DNA of 64,000 bases from a virus. The notes under the pieces are model-generated. The model was not told where the DNA came from, did not search any database, and was given only the letters and a program-made list of their open reading frames with translations. Each line of letters starts with the position of its first letter. The stretch's first letter is position 1. The position numbers and the translations under genes are program-made. Shown piece after piece: positions 36,566-45,389 of this stretch. The stretch is taken from positions 1-64,000 of the IMG/VR virus record IMGVR_UViG_3300044691_000355; one strand, given 5' to 3'.

Positions 36566-37660
36566 TTACAGGTTGGAGCGACGAGCGCACACCTCGGGGT
36601 ACACCATCTCGACGCCGCCGATGCGACCGAAGTAGGTCGTGATCTGGCGGATGTCGCGGTACTCAATCGGTGTGCGCTGGAGCGGCACCAACGGCAGACG
36701 CACGCGCGTCGGGTCCTTGATGTAGGCGAACATCGAATTGGTCGCGATGCCGAGCGGGTTGGTCGGCTGCGTCGCGGTGCCCAGGAGCCACTTGCACGGC
36801 AGAATCTGGAACGGCGTTGTGGTCTGACCGACGGCAACGTTATTTTCCAGCAAGTACGTCAGGATCGACTGGCTGCCCGCTGTTGAAATCAGCGTCGAGC
36901 GCAAAATCGAATAGGACACCGGATCAATCAGCAGCCGGTCTGGCATCGCTGCGTAACCGCTCGCGGCCCATGCGCTGTTCAAGATCGCATTGACATCGGC
37001 GAGAATCAGCGCGGCGGTCGCGGACGCCCAGCCGCCCGTCACGGCATTGCCCGTGTTGGTCAAAGCGGCGTGATTCAGAAGACCGTTCATCCTCATGATC
37101 ACATCGCCCGTGTAGGCCTCTTCGTCCAAGTCCATGTTGTACTTGAGCATCATGGCGTCGAACTTCTGCTGATCGATGGGGCGGCCCAACTGCTGCGCGG
37201 AAATCAGTTCCGGCAACGTCCAGGTCAACTGCACCATCCACAGCGGCAACGCAGAAATCTGCTTACCGATGTCCAGCGACACGCCGACAATCGCATTCGC
37301 CTCCTTGCTCGCCCAGGCCTTATTCGAGCCCGCGATTCCCTGCCCGGACGCGAATGAGCTGTTCGTAAAGCTCGATTCCTCATCCCCCATCGTCACGTCT
37401 TCGCGAAGATCGATATCGCGCGCCCACGTGTAGGCGACCAGCGGCATGTGCAGCCGGGGGTCCAAGCGCTCCAGCTCGCTGAGCAAAAACACGCCCGCTG
37501 AATCAATGGTGTTGCGGTCGTAGGTTTGGAATGCATCGCGCGTGCGCGCATGCACACGATGGGTCAGCCGCGTATCAACGCCATGAACGACGTTTAATCC
37601 GTGGCCGTTCGCGCGGGCATTCGCCAGCGCCGTTTTTACGGACTGATTGAGACTTAGCAT
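36566..37660 (-). CDS. Major capsid protein (DUF2184)
   Basis: FL.SELERLD, TW.RDI.LREDV, GRPID.QK, Y.GD, GGVE.VYP. Confidence 0.92.
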   Translation of the reverse strand: MLSLNQSVKTALANARANGHGLNVVHGVDTRLTHRVHARTRDAFQTYDRNTIDSAGVFLLSELERLDPRLHMPLVAYTWARDIDLREDVTMGDEESSFTNSSFASGQGIAGSNKAWASKEANAIVGVSLDIGKQISALPLWMVQLTWTLPELISAQQLGRPIDQQKFDAMMLKYNMDLDEEAYTGDVIMRMNGLLNHAALTNTGNAVTGGWASATAALILADVNAILNSAWAASGYAAMPDRLLIDPVSYSILRSTLISTAGSQSILTYLLENNVAVGQTTTPFQILPCKWLLGTATQPTNPLGIATNSMFAYIKDPTRVRLPLVPLQRTPIEYRDIRQITTYFGRIGGVEMVYPEVCARRSNL

Positions 37661-37727
37661 TGATGTTGCTCCGATGAAGGGAATGAAGAAACCAAAAAAG
37701 CGGCGCGGCGATGCAGCGCTGAGGCTT

Positions 37728-38225
37728 TTAGATGTTGAAGCGAATTTCCGCGTTGCCGCTCGGGTCGGAGGGCGTCATGAAGAACGCGTTGATGCCGATG
37801 TTGGTGCCCGAGATGAAAGCCGCCTCGATGCCGCCCAAGACCGCTGCGCCCGCCGCATTCGCGTAGCGCATGAACGCTTGACCGCCCTGCGCTGCGACGC
37901 CCGCCTGGCAGAACACATTCATGTAGCCGCGTACCATCACGTCGGCTTGTCGGCCCGCCGTGCACTTCGGCACCCCTGTGCCCAAAGGATCGGAGGCATT
38001 CAGGCCGGTGGTCGGATAGGGGCGCGCCAGGAAGCCATAGGCTGCGACATCGCCAACGACGGTCAGGGGAACGAACAGGCCGCCGACCATCTTGCCGGGA
38101 AAGCCAAAGGCGGAGAACGGCGTTGCTGGATTGAAGGCTTGCGGTTCCACCGTCGCGCCAGCCGCGTTGCGCGAGATGTCTCCAGGCACGCCGAAGTTCA
38201 TACGATACAAAATTGCGTTAGACAT
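37728..38225 (-). CDS. Capsid decoration/cement protein
   Basis: YRM..G.PGDISR, G.L.RPYP, RGYM.V; between protease and capsid. Confidence 0.8.
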   Translation of the reverse strand: MSNAILYRMNFGVPGDISRNAAGATVEPQAFNPATPFSAFGFPGKMVGGLFVPLTVVGDVAAYGFLARPYPTTGLNASDPLGTGVPKCTAGRQADVMVRGYMNVFCQAGVAAQGGQAFMRYANAAGAAVLGGIEAAFISGTNIGINAFFMTPSDPSGNAEIRFNI

Positions 38226-38304
38226 GAGTGTTCCTCAAATTGAATTGCTTAAGTGATCGATCCTGATTGCGAGCGCTTAAGCTCGCTCGAAAAGAGACGT
38301 GCGG

Positions 38305-39018
38305 TTAAACGCCGCCGCTGCGCGAGGCCCAGAATTTGCGATTGGTTTCATTCAAGGATGCGGTGGTGACCGCCTTGCCGAAATCCTTGACGGTGAGCTT
38401 GACGTTTGCGCCCGCCTTGTTATTGCGCTCGCGCATCAGCTCGGCGGCTCCAGTGAAGACGCCTGCAACGTTGTCGAGCGTCACTGCATCGATCTTCTCG
38501 CCAAGCAAGAAGGGCTCGATCACCGCTTTGCCGTCGTCGGTCGCATAGGCTGTCTGCACGGCTTTGAGCATCAGGGCTGGCAGCGCATCCTTGGCCTGCG
38601 CACTGTCGCCCGTCGGCACCGCGATACCGGGGCTCAAGATTTCCGCACGCGCGAAAATGTGCTTGGACACTTGCGCCGCATCGGAGGTGCCGAGCACGCC
38701 GACATTGCGGGTACGCGCGGCTTCAAGCGCGGCTGCGGAATCGGTGGCGGCCTTCGCGGCAACGGCGTCCTCGGCTGCCTTTTTCTTCATCGCACAGTCG
38801 GCCGCTTCCTGTTCTTCCTCGGCATCCTTCACCGCCTGGCGCTGCTCATCGACCCACGCGAGCGCGTCCTGGATGCGCTTATCCATGGCTGAGTCTGTCG
38901 TCCCGCCATCGTTGCCGCCCGTGTCATCATCGGCGAGTTCTTTATCGAGTGTTTCCGCGTCGCGCGCATTGAACGCCTGCATGACACGGATGAATTTATC
39001 GGCAAATTTCGATTTCAT
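38305..39018 (-). CDS. Possible nested scaffold protein from an internal start
   Basis: AGGAGA RBS about 10 nt before the in-frame ATG of MKSKFADKF. Confidence 0.5.
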   Translation of the reverse strand: MKSKFADKFIRVMQAFNARDAETLDKELADDDTGGNDGGTTDSAMDKRIQDALAWVDEQRQAVKDAEEEQEAADCAMKKKAAEDAVAAKAATDSAAALEAARTRNVGVLGTSDAAQVSKHIFARAEILSPGIAVPTGDSAQAKDALPALMLKAVQTAYATDDGKAVIEPFLLGEKIDAVTLDNVAGVFTGAAELMRERNNKAGANVKLTVKDFGKAVTTASLNETNRKFWASRSGGV

Positions 39019-39942
39019 GATTGAACGGTCTCCTAACGGTTTATAAATGCGCGATTTCGCCGCGCTGCTGGGTCTGCTCGGTTTCGACTTGCGTTGCAGC
39101 GCTCGATAGGCCGCCATGTGCTCTTTGCTCTTCGCCGTGTGTACGGCGAAGGACTTCTGATTGCCTGCCGCATGCGCGGCGGTTGCGGCTTCGAGGTGCA
39201 GGCCAAGGGCATGCCAATGGGCTTCCTCATCGCCACTCGTTTGCGCCGCTGCACTCGCCGCATGCGCGGCGGCTGAGCGCAGGCTGGTGCCACCGCCGCC
39301 ACCACTCCAGCGCCCGGTCGCATCGCGCTTCTCGGTGGGGTTGAACTGATCCCACACGGAATCCTTGATGGCGCAGCGCGAGCCTGCGCGCCCGCGCCCG
39401 TCGAGTAGCGCCACGTGATTGCCGATGATGTTGTACTGCGTCGCGCGCCCCACGTCGGTCTGCTCATATTCCGCGTCATAGCCGCAGGAAAGTTCCGGGT
39501 GCTTGCGATTCACGAAGGCAATCGCCTCACCGTCGGTGATGATCAGATCGCCCACGAGCGTGTCATCTTCGATGCCGCTGCCACGGCGCACGTTGTGCAC
39601 GGTGCCCACGGAATGTTTCTTCCAACTGCCGGGGGTCACGAATTCGTTCGGATGCTCCAAGGTGACCGGCTTGCCCTCGAAGCTCGACATCGTCTTGTCG
39701 CTGAAAACCTCATCCGCGAGGCGCGTGACGATGATCTCGCCCGCGCCATTGGCATCCAAGGGCAGCTCGGATTTGTGGTAGCGCTGCTCGCCCGTGCGCG
39801 CAATCGCCACCCCCTCGCACACCATGTACCCTTCAGGCGTAAGCCTGCGGCTCTTGCCCACCGCGCCTGGCGCATAGAAAGCGGTTTTGTCGATGACCCC
39901 GACACGGTCGAACACATTGAAGCGCTCGCGCACTTTCTTCAT
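38305..39942 (-). CDS. Head maturation protease/scaffold (DUF2213) with a tagged insertion
   Basis: TPEGY, IARTG, EVF...SFEGKPVT.EHP, ELSCGY, GNHVAL..GRAG.RC.I.D. Confidence 0.9.
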   Translation of the reverse strand: MKKVRERFNVFDRVGVIDKTAFYAPGAVGKSRRLTPEGYMVCEGVAIARTGEQRYHKSELPLDANGAGEIIVTRLADEVFSDKTMSSFEGKPVTLEHPNEFVTPGSWKKHSVGTVHNVRRGSGIEDDTLVGDLIITDGEAIAFVNRKHPELSCGYDAEYEQTDVGRATQYNIIGNHVALLDGRGRAGSRCAIKDSVWDQFNPTEKRDATGRWSGGGGGTSLRSAAAHAASAAAQTSGDEEAHWHALGLHLEAATAAHAAGNQKSFAVHTAKSKEHMAAYRALQRKSKPSRPSSAAKSRIYKPLGDRSIMKSKFADKFIRVMQAFNARDAETLDKELADDDTGGNDGGTTDSAMDKRIQDALAWVDEQRQAVKDAEEEQEAADCAMKKKAAEDAVAAKAATDSAAALEAARTRNVGVLGTSDAAQVSKHIFARAEILSPGIAVPTGDSAQAKDALPALMLKAVQTAYATDDGKAVIEPFLLGEKIDAVTLDNVAGVFTGAAELMRERNNKAGANVKLTVKDFGKAVTTASLNETNRKFWASRSGGV

Positions 39943-40268
39943 GTGTTCGCAATCGAGGGATAGGTGCGCACTGGCAGGATGCCCGACCAGTCCAAGATTT
40001 TTTCTGGGTTGCTCGTGGCGCACGACACGCCGATGGCGTAGTCGTTGTAATCCACGCCAGCCGATACCGGCAGCAGCACTTGTGTGCTGGTGGAGCCGAG
40101 CACGGCGGTGCCCAAGATCAAGCCAGCCCCGTTGGTGTCGGTGCCCCAGATATGATTGAGAACGACCGTCGGCGCGCCGGTCAGGGTTTCCCCAACCAGC
40201 AGCCCCAATGCAAAGTTGAACACCAGTTCAACCGCTTCCAGGGGTGCTTTTTCACTGAATCGCTGCAT
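39939..40268 (-). CDS. Fibre adaptor protein
   Basis: K.P.E...L.FNF...L..GETL pattern; follows the repeat fibre gene. Confidence 0.65.
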   Translation of the reverse strand: MQRFSEKAPLEAVELVFNFALGLLVGETLTGAPTVVLNHIWGTDTNGAGLILGTAVLGSTSTQVLLPVSAGVDYNDYAIGVSCATSNPEKILDWSGILPVRTYPSIANT

Positions 40269-40282
40269 GTCTTAATTCCTTT

Positions 40283-41860
40283 TCAAGGTGATCGCGTCCA
40301 CGTGACTTCACGCGCGGGCGCGCTCATCGCGGCTTCGGCGGGGGGCACGTAGGAGACGGTGAAATTTCGCGCACCGAGCTGTGCCTGCGCCGCCGCCTCA
40401 TACGAAGCGGTGAAATTTCGCGCAGGGATATCGATGACGAAGGGGCCTGGCCCTTGGCTGGTCGCGGTGGTCGATAAGATCGAATGCAGCGTGTCGGGCG
40501 CTTCATGCGCGCCCAAGGCCGCAGCCACGCTCAAGAGACTCTGCGCAATCAGCGCATCCGCCCCTTCCACCACAATCGCATTGGCGGCTTCGAGCAACTG
40601 CGCGAAACTCGTAATCGTATCCGGCGCTTCCGTGCGGGTAAGACTCGCGCCCACGGTGAGCGAGAGCGCGGCGGCGAGCGCATCAGGGCCTTCCGTTTTT
40701 GTCAGCAGCGCCGTGATCGGCACCGCACCTGAAACGGCGATGAGCGTATCTGCGCCTTCGAGAATCGCAGCGTTGATCACTTCGGGCAGCGTTGCCGCAG
40801 CACTGAGTGTGTCGCCGCCTTCGGTCTTCGCGAGGCTGATCGCTTCAGGCAGCGTGGCGGCGGCGCTGATCGTATCGGGCGCTTCGGTGATCGATGCATT
40901 GATCGGCGTGCCGCTCAGACTCGCCGCTGCGCTGATCGTATCGGCGGCCTCGGTCAAGGCCGCATTCAAACTTTCAGGCAGCGTGGCCGCCGCCGCAATC
41001 GAATCAGCACCTTCGGTCAGCGCGCAAGCAATCGCTTCGGGCAGCGTTGCGGCTGCGCTCGACGTGTCGGCCCCTTCGGTCACGCTTAAAGACGCAACCG
41101 ACACGGGCGCGCCTGCCGTTGCGCTTAAGGTATCTGCGCCCTCCGTCACCCCGGCGTTGAGAACCTCGGGCAACGTGACAGCGGATGCGAGCGTGTCCGC
41201 ACCTTCCGTATCGGTGAGCGCCATCGCTTCCGGCAGCGTGGCACTCGCTGCAATCGTGTCCGCACCTTCCGTTCTGCTCAGCGCTACCGCAACCGGCAGC
41301 GTGGCACTTGATGCAACAGTGTCAGCGCCCTCGGTGTCGGTGAGCGTGACGGCAGCGGGCAGCATCACCGCCGCACTCAAGGTGTCGCCGCCCTCGACTA
41401 TCGATGCGCTTACCACCTCGGGCAGCGTCGCGGTCGAGCTGCTGGTGTCTGCGCCTTCCGTCTTTGACAGGCTCACCGCAACCGGCAAGGTCGCGGCGGC
41501 ACTGATTGTGTCGGCACCCTCCGTGACGCCTGCGCTTGCGCCCGCTGGCGCTATTGCGGCTGCGGCAATCGTGTCCGCACCTTCGACAAGAGCGGCGGCA
41601 GCACCGGCTGGCGCGCTCGCGGCCGAACTGATCGAATCAGCACCTTCGGTGATGCTCGCGCTGATCGCTTCGGGGAGCGTCGCCCCCGCGCTTAAGGCAT
41701 CTGCGCCTTCAGTCTTCGCCAAGTTAACCGCAACCGGCAGCGTCGCAGCGGCGCTTGAAGTGTCCGCGCCTTCGGTGGCGGCAAGGGCCGCATTCGTGCC
41801 GCCCGATACGGCAGGCAAGTCCCAGTCGAACCACTTTTGAATGAGAAGATCGAGGCTCAC
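40283..41860 (-). CDS. Repeat fibre protein with about 21 copies of a 21-aa repeat
   Basis: TEGADT.SAAATLP.A.... repeated about 21 times. Confidence 0.8.
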   Translation of the reverse strand: MSLDLLIQKWFDWDLPAVSGGTNAALAATEGADTSSAAATLPVAVNLAKTEGADALSAGATLPEAISASITEGADSISSAASAPAGAAAALVEGADTIAAAAIAPAGASAGVTEGADTISAAATLPVAVSLSKTEGADTSSSTATLPEVVSASIVEGGDTLSAAVMLPAAVTLTDTEGADTVASSATLPVAVALSRTEGADTIAASATLPEAMALTDTEGADTLASAVTLPEVLNAGVTEGADTLSATAGAPVSVASLSVTEGADTSSAAATLPEAIACALTEGADSIAAAATLPESLNAALTEAADTISAAASLSGTPINASITEAPDTISAAATLPEAISLAKTEGGDTLSAAATLPEVINAAILEGADTLIAVSGAVPITALLTKTEGPDALAAALSLTVGASLTRTEAPDTITSFAQLLEAANAIVVEGADALIAQSLLSVAAALGAHEAPDTLHSILSTTATSQGPGPFVIDIPARNFTASYEAAAQAQLGARNFTVSYVPPAEAAMSAPAREVTWTRSP

Positions 41861-41861
41861 G

Positions 41862-42572
41862 CTAGAACCACTCGGCTATGTTCAGCCCCATCGCTAATCC
41901 CCCTTGACGGCCGCGACGTTTCATCGCTCCAGGGGGTGGCTTGCCAGCGACTGCGGCGGACTTGAACGCAACCGTCGCAATGGTCCAAACATCAGATGAG
42001 GCCATCGTGGCCGTGGCGTTTGCGGTGCCCAGCGCTGAGGTCGTGGTCTGACTCATCGCGTAGAAGAAACCGGCGTGCTGGTCGAGGAGGACCGTGAACC
42101 CAGGTCCAGGGGTTATTGCCTCCCCGCTGCTCGGCTGGATGACGGAGAGGATGAGATCAGTGGCATTGGCCAGAGTCCCCATCGCCATCGATATGGCCGT
42201 GGTCGCGCCGACCGTGAGGGCGCTGGCAACAGCGCCAGGGGTGCCGTCCGTGTAGCCACTGGTCGGACAACCGGCCAGCTCATATGCAATTGCCTCACAC
42301 GCGATGCTCGGGTTGATGGTGAACGTGCCGGAGGAAGTCACCACGGGGGCGACAAAAATCCACGAACCATTGTTATTTGCTGTGTCGATGCAGCTAGCAA
42401 CATTCGCGTAGCTGTTTGGGGGCGACTGGTTGTCGGAACACGACTCAGACGGCTGGACGTTGGTCGCCAACACCACAATCAAGTTGCCGACCGTGGGGGC
42501 CGATGGGAACGAGATACCCCCGCCCCCTGCGATAAAACCTGTCTGTTGAACGATGCTCGGTGCGCCGCTCAC
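41862..42572 (-). CDS. Fibre-associated beta-rich protein
   Basis: FPSAPTVGNLIVV..SDNQ..N.Y pattern; Ser/Thr/Gly-rich. Confidence 0.65.
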   Translation of the reverse strand: MSGAPSIVQQTGFIAGGGGISFPSAPTVGNLIVVLATNVQPSESCSDNQSPPNSYANVASCIDTANNNGSWIFVAPVVTSSGTFTINPSIACEAIAYELAGCPTSGYTDGTPGAVASALTVGATTAISMAMGTLANATDLILSVIQPSSGEAITPGPGFTVLLDQHAGFFYAMSQTTTSALGTANATATMASSDVWTIATVAFKSAAVAGKPPPGAMKRRGRQGGLAMGLNIAEWF

Positions 42573-43607
42573 CTAGATGCTCGCGTTAATGCATTCCGCC
42601 GCGACAATCGTGTTCGTGCCCGAGAAGGAGGTTCCGCCGTTGACGGAAACTCCCAAAATAGAACCTGCTGGCGTCGAGTTAAATCCGCTGGATACGGTTG
42701 TTATTAGTCTAATGCCTCCGACATTGACAGGAGTCGATGCGAGACCCGTTACCGCTAGAAAGCTAAGTAGCTTCAAGTTTCCAACCACTACGGCTGAGGT
42801 ACCCGAACCCACCGTGCGGAAATGTAATTCCAATTCAAATTTACCGGTGTCCGCAACAGCGGTGCCTGCGCCGAATGTAAAGGTCAGAATAGCTGTATCG
42901 GCAGTGGTTCCTGCTGTGCCATAACGCACAGTGACAACGAACGCCGCTGTGCCCGCAGCGGTCTTCACCATATCGAATATGAGTCGATACTTAGTCCCCA
43001 CCACAGGGCCGCCCGCACCCAACGCAATCGCCGATCCCGCCAGATATGTGTCGGCGGCAAAGCCCGCGCTGACCGTGGATACAGAACGATTCGACAGGGT
43101 CGCGAGCGCATACTTCACGCCCAATGCGGCCGATGCAGCGGCCATGAGCGAGGTGCCATCTGCGCCAACCGGAATGCGGTCAGGGCCGGTGTCAAAGCCG
43201 ATCAAGTCGCCCTTCGTCGTCAAGGGCAATCCCAGCGTTTCAACCAGGCCCGCAGCGCTGTACTTAGTCCACACGCCCAGCTCATCGAAGATTACTGACT
43301 CACCGGGCAGCAGCGTACCGTTCCACAGGCTTTCCGCCGTTGTGCCGTCGAAATGCTCTACCAGAACCGTGGTTGACACCGTCGCATGCGTGTTGTTGAT
43401 ATCGAGCAGCTTGACGTTGCGCTGCACGCTTGAGCCAGGAGAGCCGACAACCGTCGTCGTGGTGGCAGTCGAGATACTCGCGGTGTTCGTGCGCCCCGGC
43501 GTAATGACCCCGGAGGCATTGTCCATATGCGATTCGTGAACATCGAGCGCCGCCGCCGATCCGGTCGTGACACGGACGATGTCGGAGACCGAGGTAAGCA
43601 GCAGCAT
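42573..43607 (-). CDS. Fibre-associated structural protein
   Basis: TTKGDLI...RIPVGADG..L.A..A..G..Y fibre repeat. Confidence 0.7.
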   Translation of the reverse strand: MLLLTSVSDIVRVTTGSAAALDVHESHMDNASGVITPGRTNTASISTATTTTVVGSPGSSVQRNVKLLDINNTHATVSTTVLVEHFDGTTAESLWNGTLLPGESVIFDELGVWTKYSAAGLVETLGLPLTTKGDLIGFDTGPDRIPVGADGTSLMAAASAALGVKYALATLSNRSVSTVSAGFAADTYLAGSAIALGAGGPVVGTKYRLIFDMVKTAAGTAAFVVTVRYGTAGTTADTAILTFTFGAGTAVADTGKFELELHFRTVGSGTSAVVVGNLKLLSFLAVTGLASTPVNVGGIRLITTVSSGFNSTPAGSILGVSVNGGTSFSGTNTIVAAECINASI

Positions 43608-43615
43608 GAGAGCTT

Positions 43616-43804
43616 TTACGCCTTCGGCGCGAGGGCTGCGGCAGCGTCGTCGTGGGCTTTCTTCTCAACCGCGATCTGCGCGTCGAGTACGATCTTCTCC
43701 ACCGCACTGAGCGCGGCGAGCAGAACGACCGAGTCCTCATCCGTGTGAGTCGCGATAGAGGCGATCCCTTCCGCCACGATCTGAATCTTTTTTGCGATAT
43801 CCAT
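43616..43804 (-). CDS. Small helical protein
   Basis: AAGGA RBS; operon context. Confidence 0.55.
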   Translation of the reverse strand: MDIAKKIQIVAEGIASIATHTDEDSVVLLAALSAVEKIVLDAQIAVEKKAHDDAAAALAPKA

Positions 43805-43816
43805 GGGCTAACTTCC

Positions 43817-44221
43817 TTACGCGTTCGCGGAGGTGAGGGTGAAGGTGTTGACCGTCCAGGCCTGCGCGCTCGCAGCGACCGGATTGTCCATGGTCATATC
43901 CCCACCGCCGCCCGTGGCGGTCACGCTGCCTTGAACGTGGCACGTCGTTCCGGTGCTGTCATAAATACGGAAGTATCCGACCGTTCCCGCAGCGCTAAAT
44001 GTGCCGGTCCATGTGCCCGCTTTCGCCTTCGCGCCAGCAGAGGCATTCGCCAGCCAGTCAGAGGGCAACGCCTGCGAGGCGAGGTTGGTGCCGCTCGCAG
44101 CGGTCGCGCACGTGGCTGGCTCCGCGCCCGTGTAGAACTTGAGCAACGGCGCAGTGCTGATCGTGGTCTCGATTTGATCGAGCTTGGCGTTGAGCACTGT
44201 TTGGCTGTATTGCAGGGCCAT
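43817..44221 (-). CDS. Conserved virion fibre-module protein
   Basis: L..YTG..PA.C..A.SGT.L...LPSDW...GYFRI...QGSV..TGGGGDM. Confidence 0.75.
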   Translation of the reverse strand: MALQYSQTVLNAKLDQIETTISTAPLLKFYTGAEPATCATAASGTNLASQALPSDWLANASAGAKAKAGTWTGTFSAAGTVGYFRIYDSTGTTCHVQGSVTATGGGGDMTMDNPVAASAQAWTVNTFTLTSANA

Positions 44222-44245
44222 GAATACGTTCTCCGGTGAAATTCT

Positions 44246-45079
44246 TTAAACGATGATTTCTGCCCAGCAGCGGCATTCCCAAATGCACCCAGGATGAAAG
44301 CGCATCAGTCGGCCGCTCTCTTCGATCTCGGGCGGGTTGGCCCACTCGCATACGCGGCCGTCCATCGCGCGATGATTCGGGCGAGTCACATGATCTTTGG
44401 TCGCGCGCCAGCGGTAGGTCGGAAGCCCGGCGATGCTCGCGCGTGCTTGGGTCAAATTCGATGCGGTGCGCGACACCTCGGTGCGTGCGATCAGCCGCGC
44501 GTGCGCTGCGCTCACCTCGCCTGAGCGCTCGATCTCGCGCACGATCCTTCCTAATCGCTCGCCCTCGATCAGGCCGGTCAAGGTGAGGCGTTGCACACGC
44601 TGCGCAGCTTCGATGGGCAAGGAGGCAATCAATTCGGTTTGCTCGGCCATGAGTTTGGCCATCACTGCGCCGACTTGCGTGTCACGGATTTCTTGCGCGA
44701 CGCCAGCGGACATGCTCTTGGCCAGCGCGCGCCAGGTTTCGATATCGCGCGCGTTGACTTCCTCGATCATCCTGGCCGATGCTTTTTTGGCCCATGGCCG
44801 AAGCACCTGGCTGTAGGCGTGCAGCACCGAGACCAGCTCTTCGTTACCCGCCCTTTGGGCGGCGGGGAACGCATTGATCAGATGCCCGATGTGTTCACCC
44901 ACCTTGCCGAGCGAACGCTCGAATTCTTCCGTCGCGCGGCCGATCCGTGGCTTGCCTCGCGCTCGCTTCGCGCGCGCATCCATGGCGCGGTGACGCTGCG
45001 CCCGCGAGCCAAGGGAGTACGTTAGGTGGCCGCACGTGAGCAGCGGCACGAATTTCGGTTTCGGTTTCGCCGCGATCAC
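44246..45079 (-). CDS. MuF/SPP1 gp7 minor head protein
   Basis: ARLIARTE, Y.WR..D..TR..H..MDG, HPG.IW.CRC; GTG at 45079 with GTGA overlap. Confidence 0.9.
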   Translation of the reverse strand: MIAAKPKPKFVPLLTCGHLTYSLGSRAQRHRAMDARAKRARGKPRIGRATEEFERSLGKVGEHIGHLINAFPAAQRAGNEELVSVLHAYSQVLRPWAKKASARMIEEVNARDIETWRALAKSMSAGVAQEIRDTQVGAVMAKLMAEQTELIASLPIEAAQRVQRLTLTGLIEGERLGRIVREIERSGEVSAAHARLIARTEVSRTASNLTQARASIAGLPTYRWRATKDHVTRPNHRAMDGRVCEWANPPEIEESGRLMRFHPGCIWECRCWAEIIV

Positions 45080-45258
45080 GGCGTTGTCGGCGGCGTCACC
45101 ACGGCATTGATCAGTGCATCGGCGTACCCGACGCACACTCGCGCAAGGTCTGCGGGATCATTGCGTGCGCCGCGCACGATGGCAGCGGTCAGGAAGACCC
45201 CCGCGAGCGCGAGGCGCAAGACTTGATCGCGATCTTCAAAATCGATGGGCTCACTCAT
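45076..45258 (-). CDS. Small hypothetical protein
   Basis: ATGA/GTGA overlaps on both sides. Confidence 0.6.
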   Translation of the reverse strand: MSEPIDFEDRDQVLRLALAGVFLTAAIVRGARNDPADLARVCVGYADALINAVVTPPTTP

Positions 45259-45389
45259 TCCGTCTCATCCTCGTCTTCGTCGATGGGCTCATCATCAAAC
45301 GGATACTCCATGCCCTCGGGCAGATGCGCTTCGACCGGCTGATAGTCGTTCAAGCGCTTGATGAAATCCTCGGAGACTTTCTCGGTCAT
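45255..45389 (-). CDS. 44-aa highly acidic protein (candidate inhibitor of the upstream ADP-ribosyltransferase)
   Basis: MTEKVSEDFIKRLNDYQPVEAHLPEGMEYPFDDEPIDEDEDETE; ATGA overlaps at both ends. Confidence 0.65.
   Translation of the reverse strand: MTEKVSEDFIKRLNDYQPVEAHLPEGMEYPFDDEPIDEDEDETE

Noticed and set aside
40359-41840. 493-aa plus-strand ORF and other long antisense ORFs
   Set aside because: Shadow frames of GC-rich or repetitive minus-strand genes, with no RBS or recognisable motifs.
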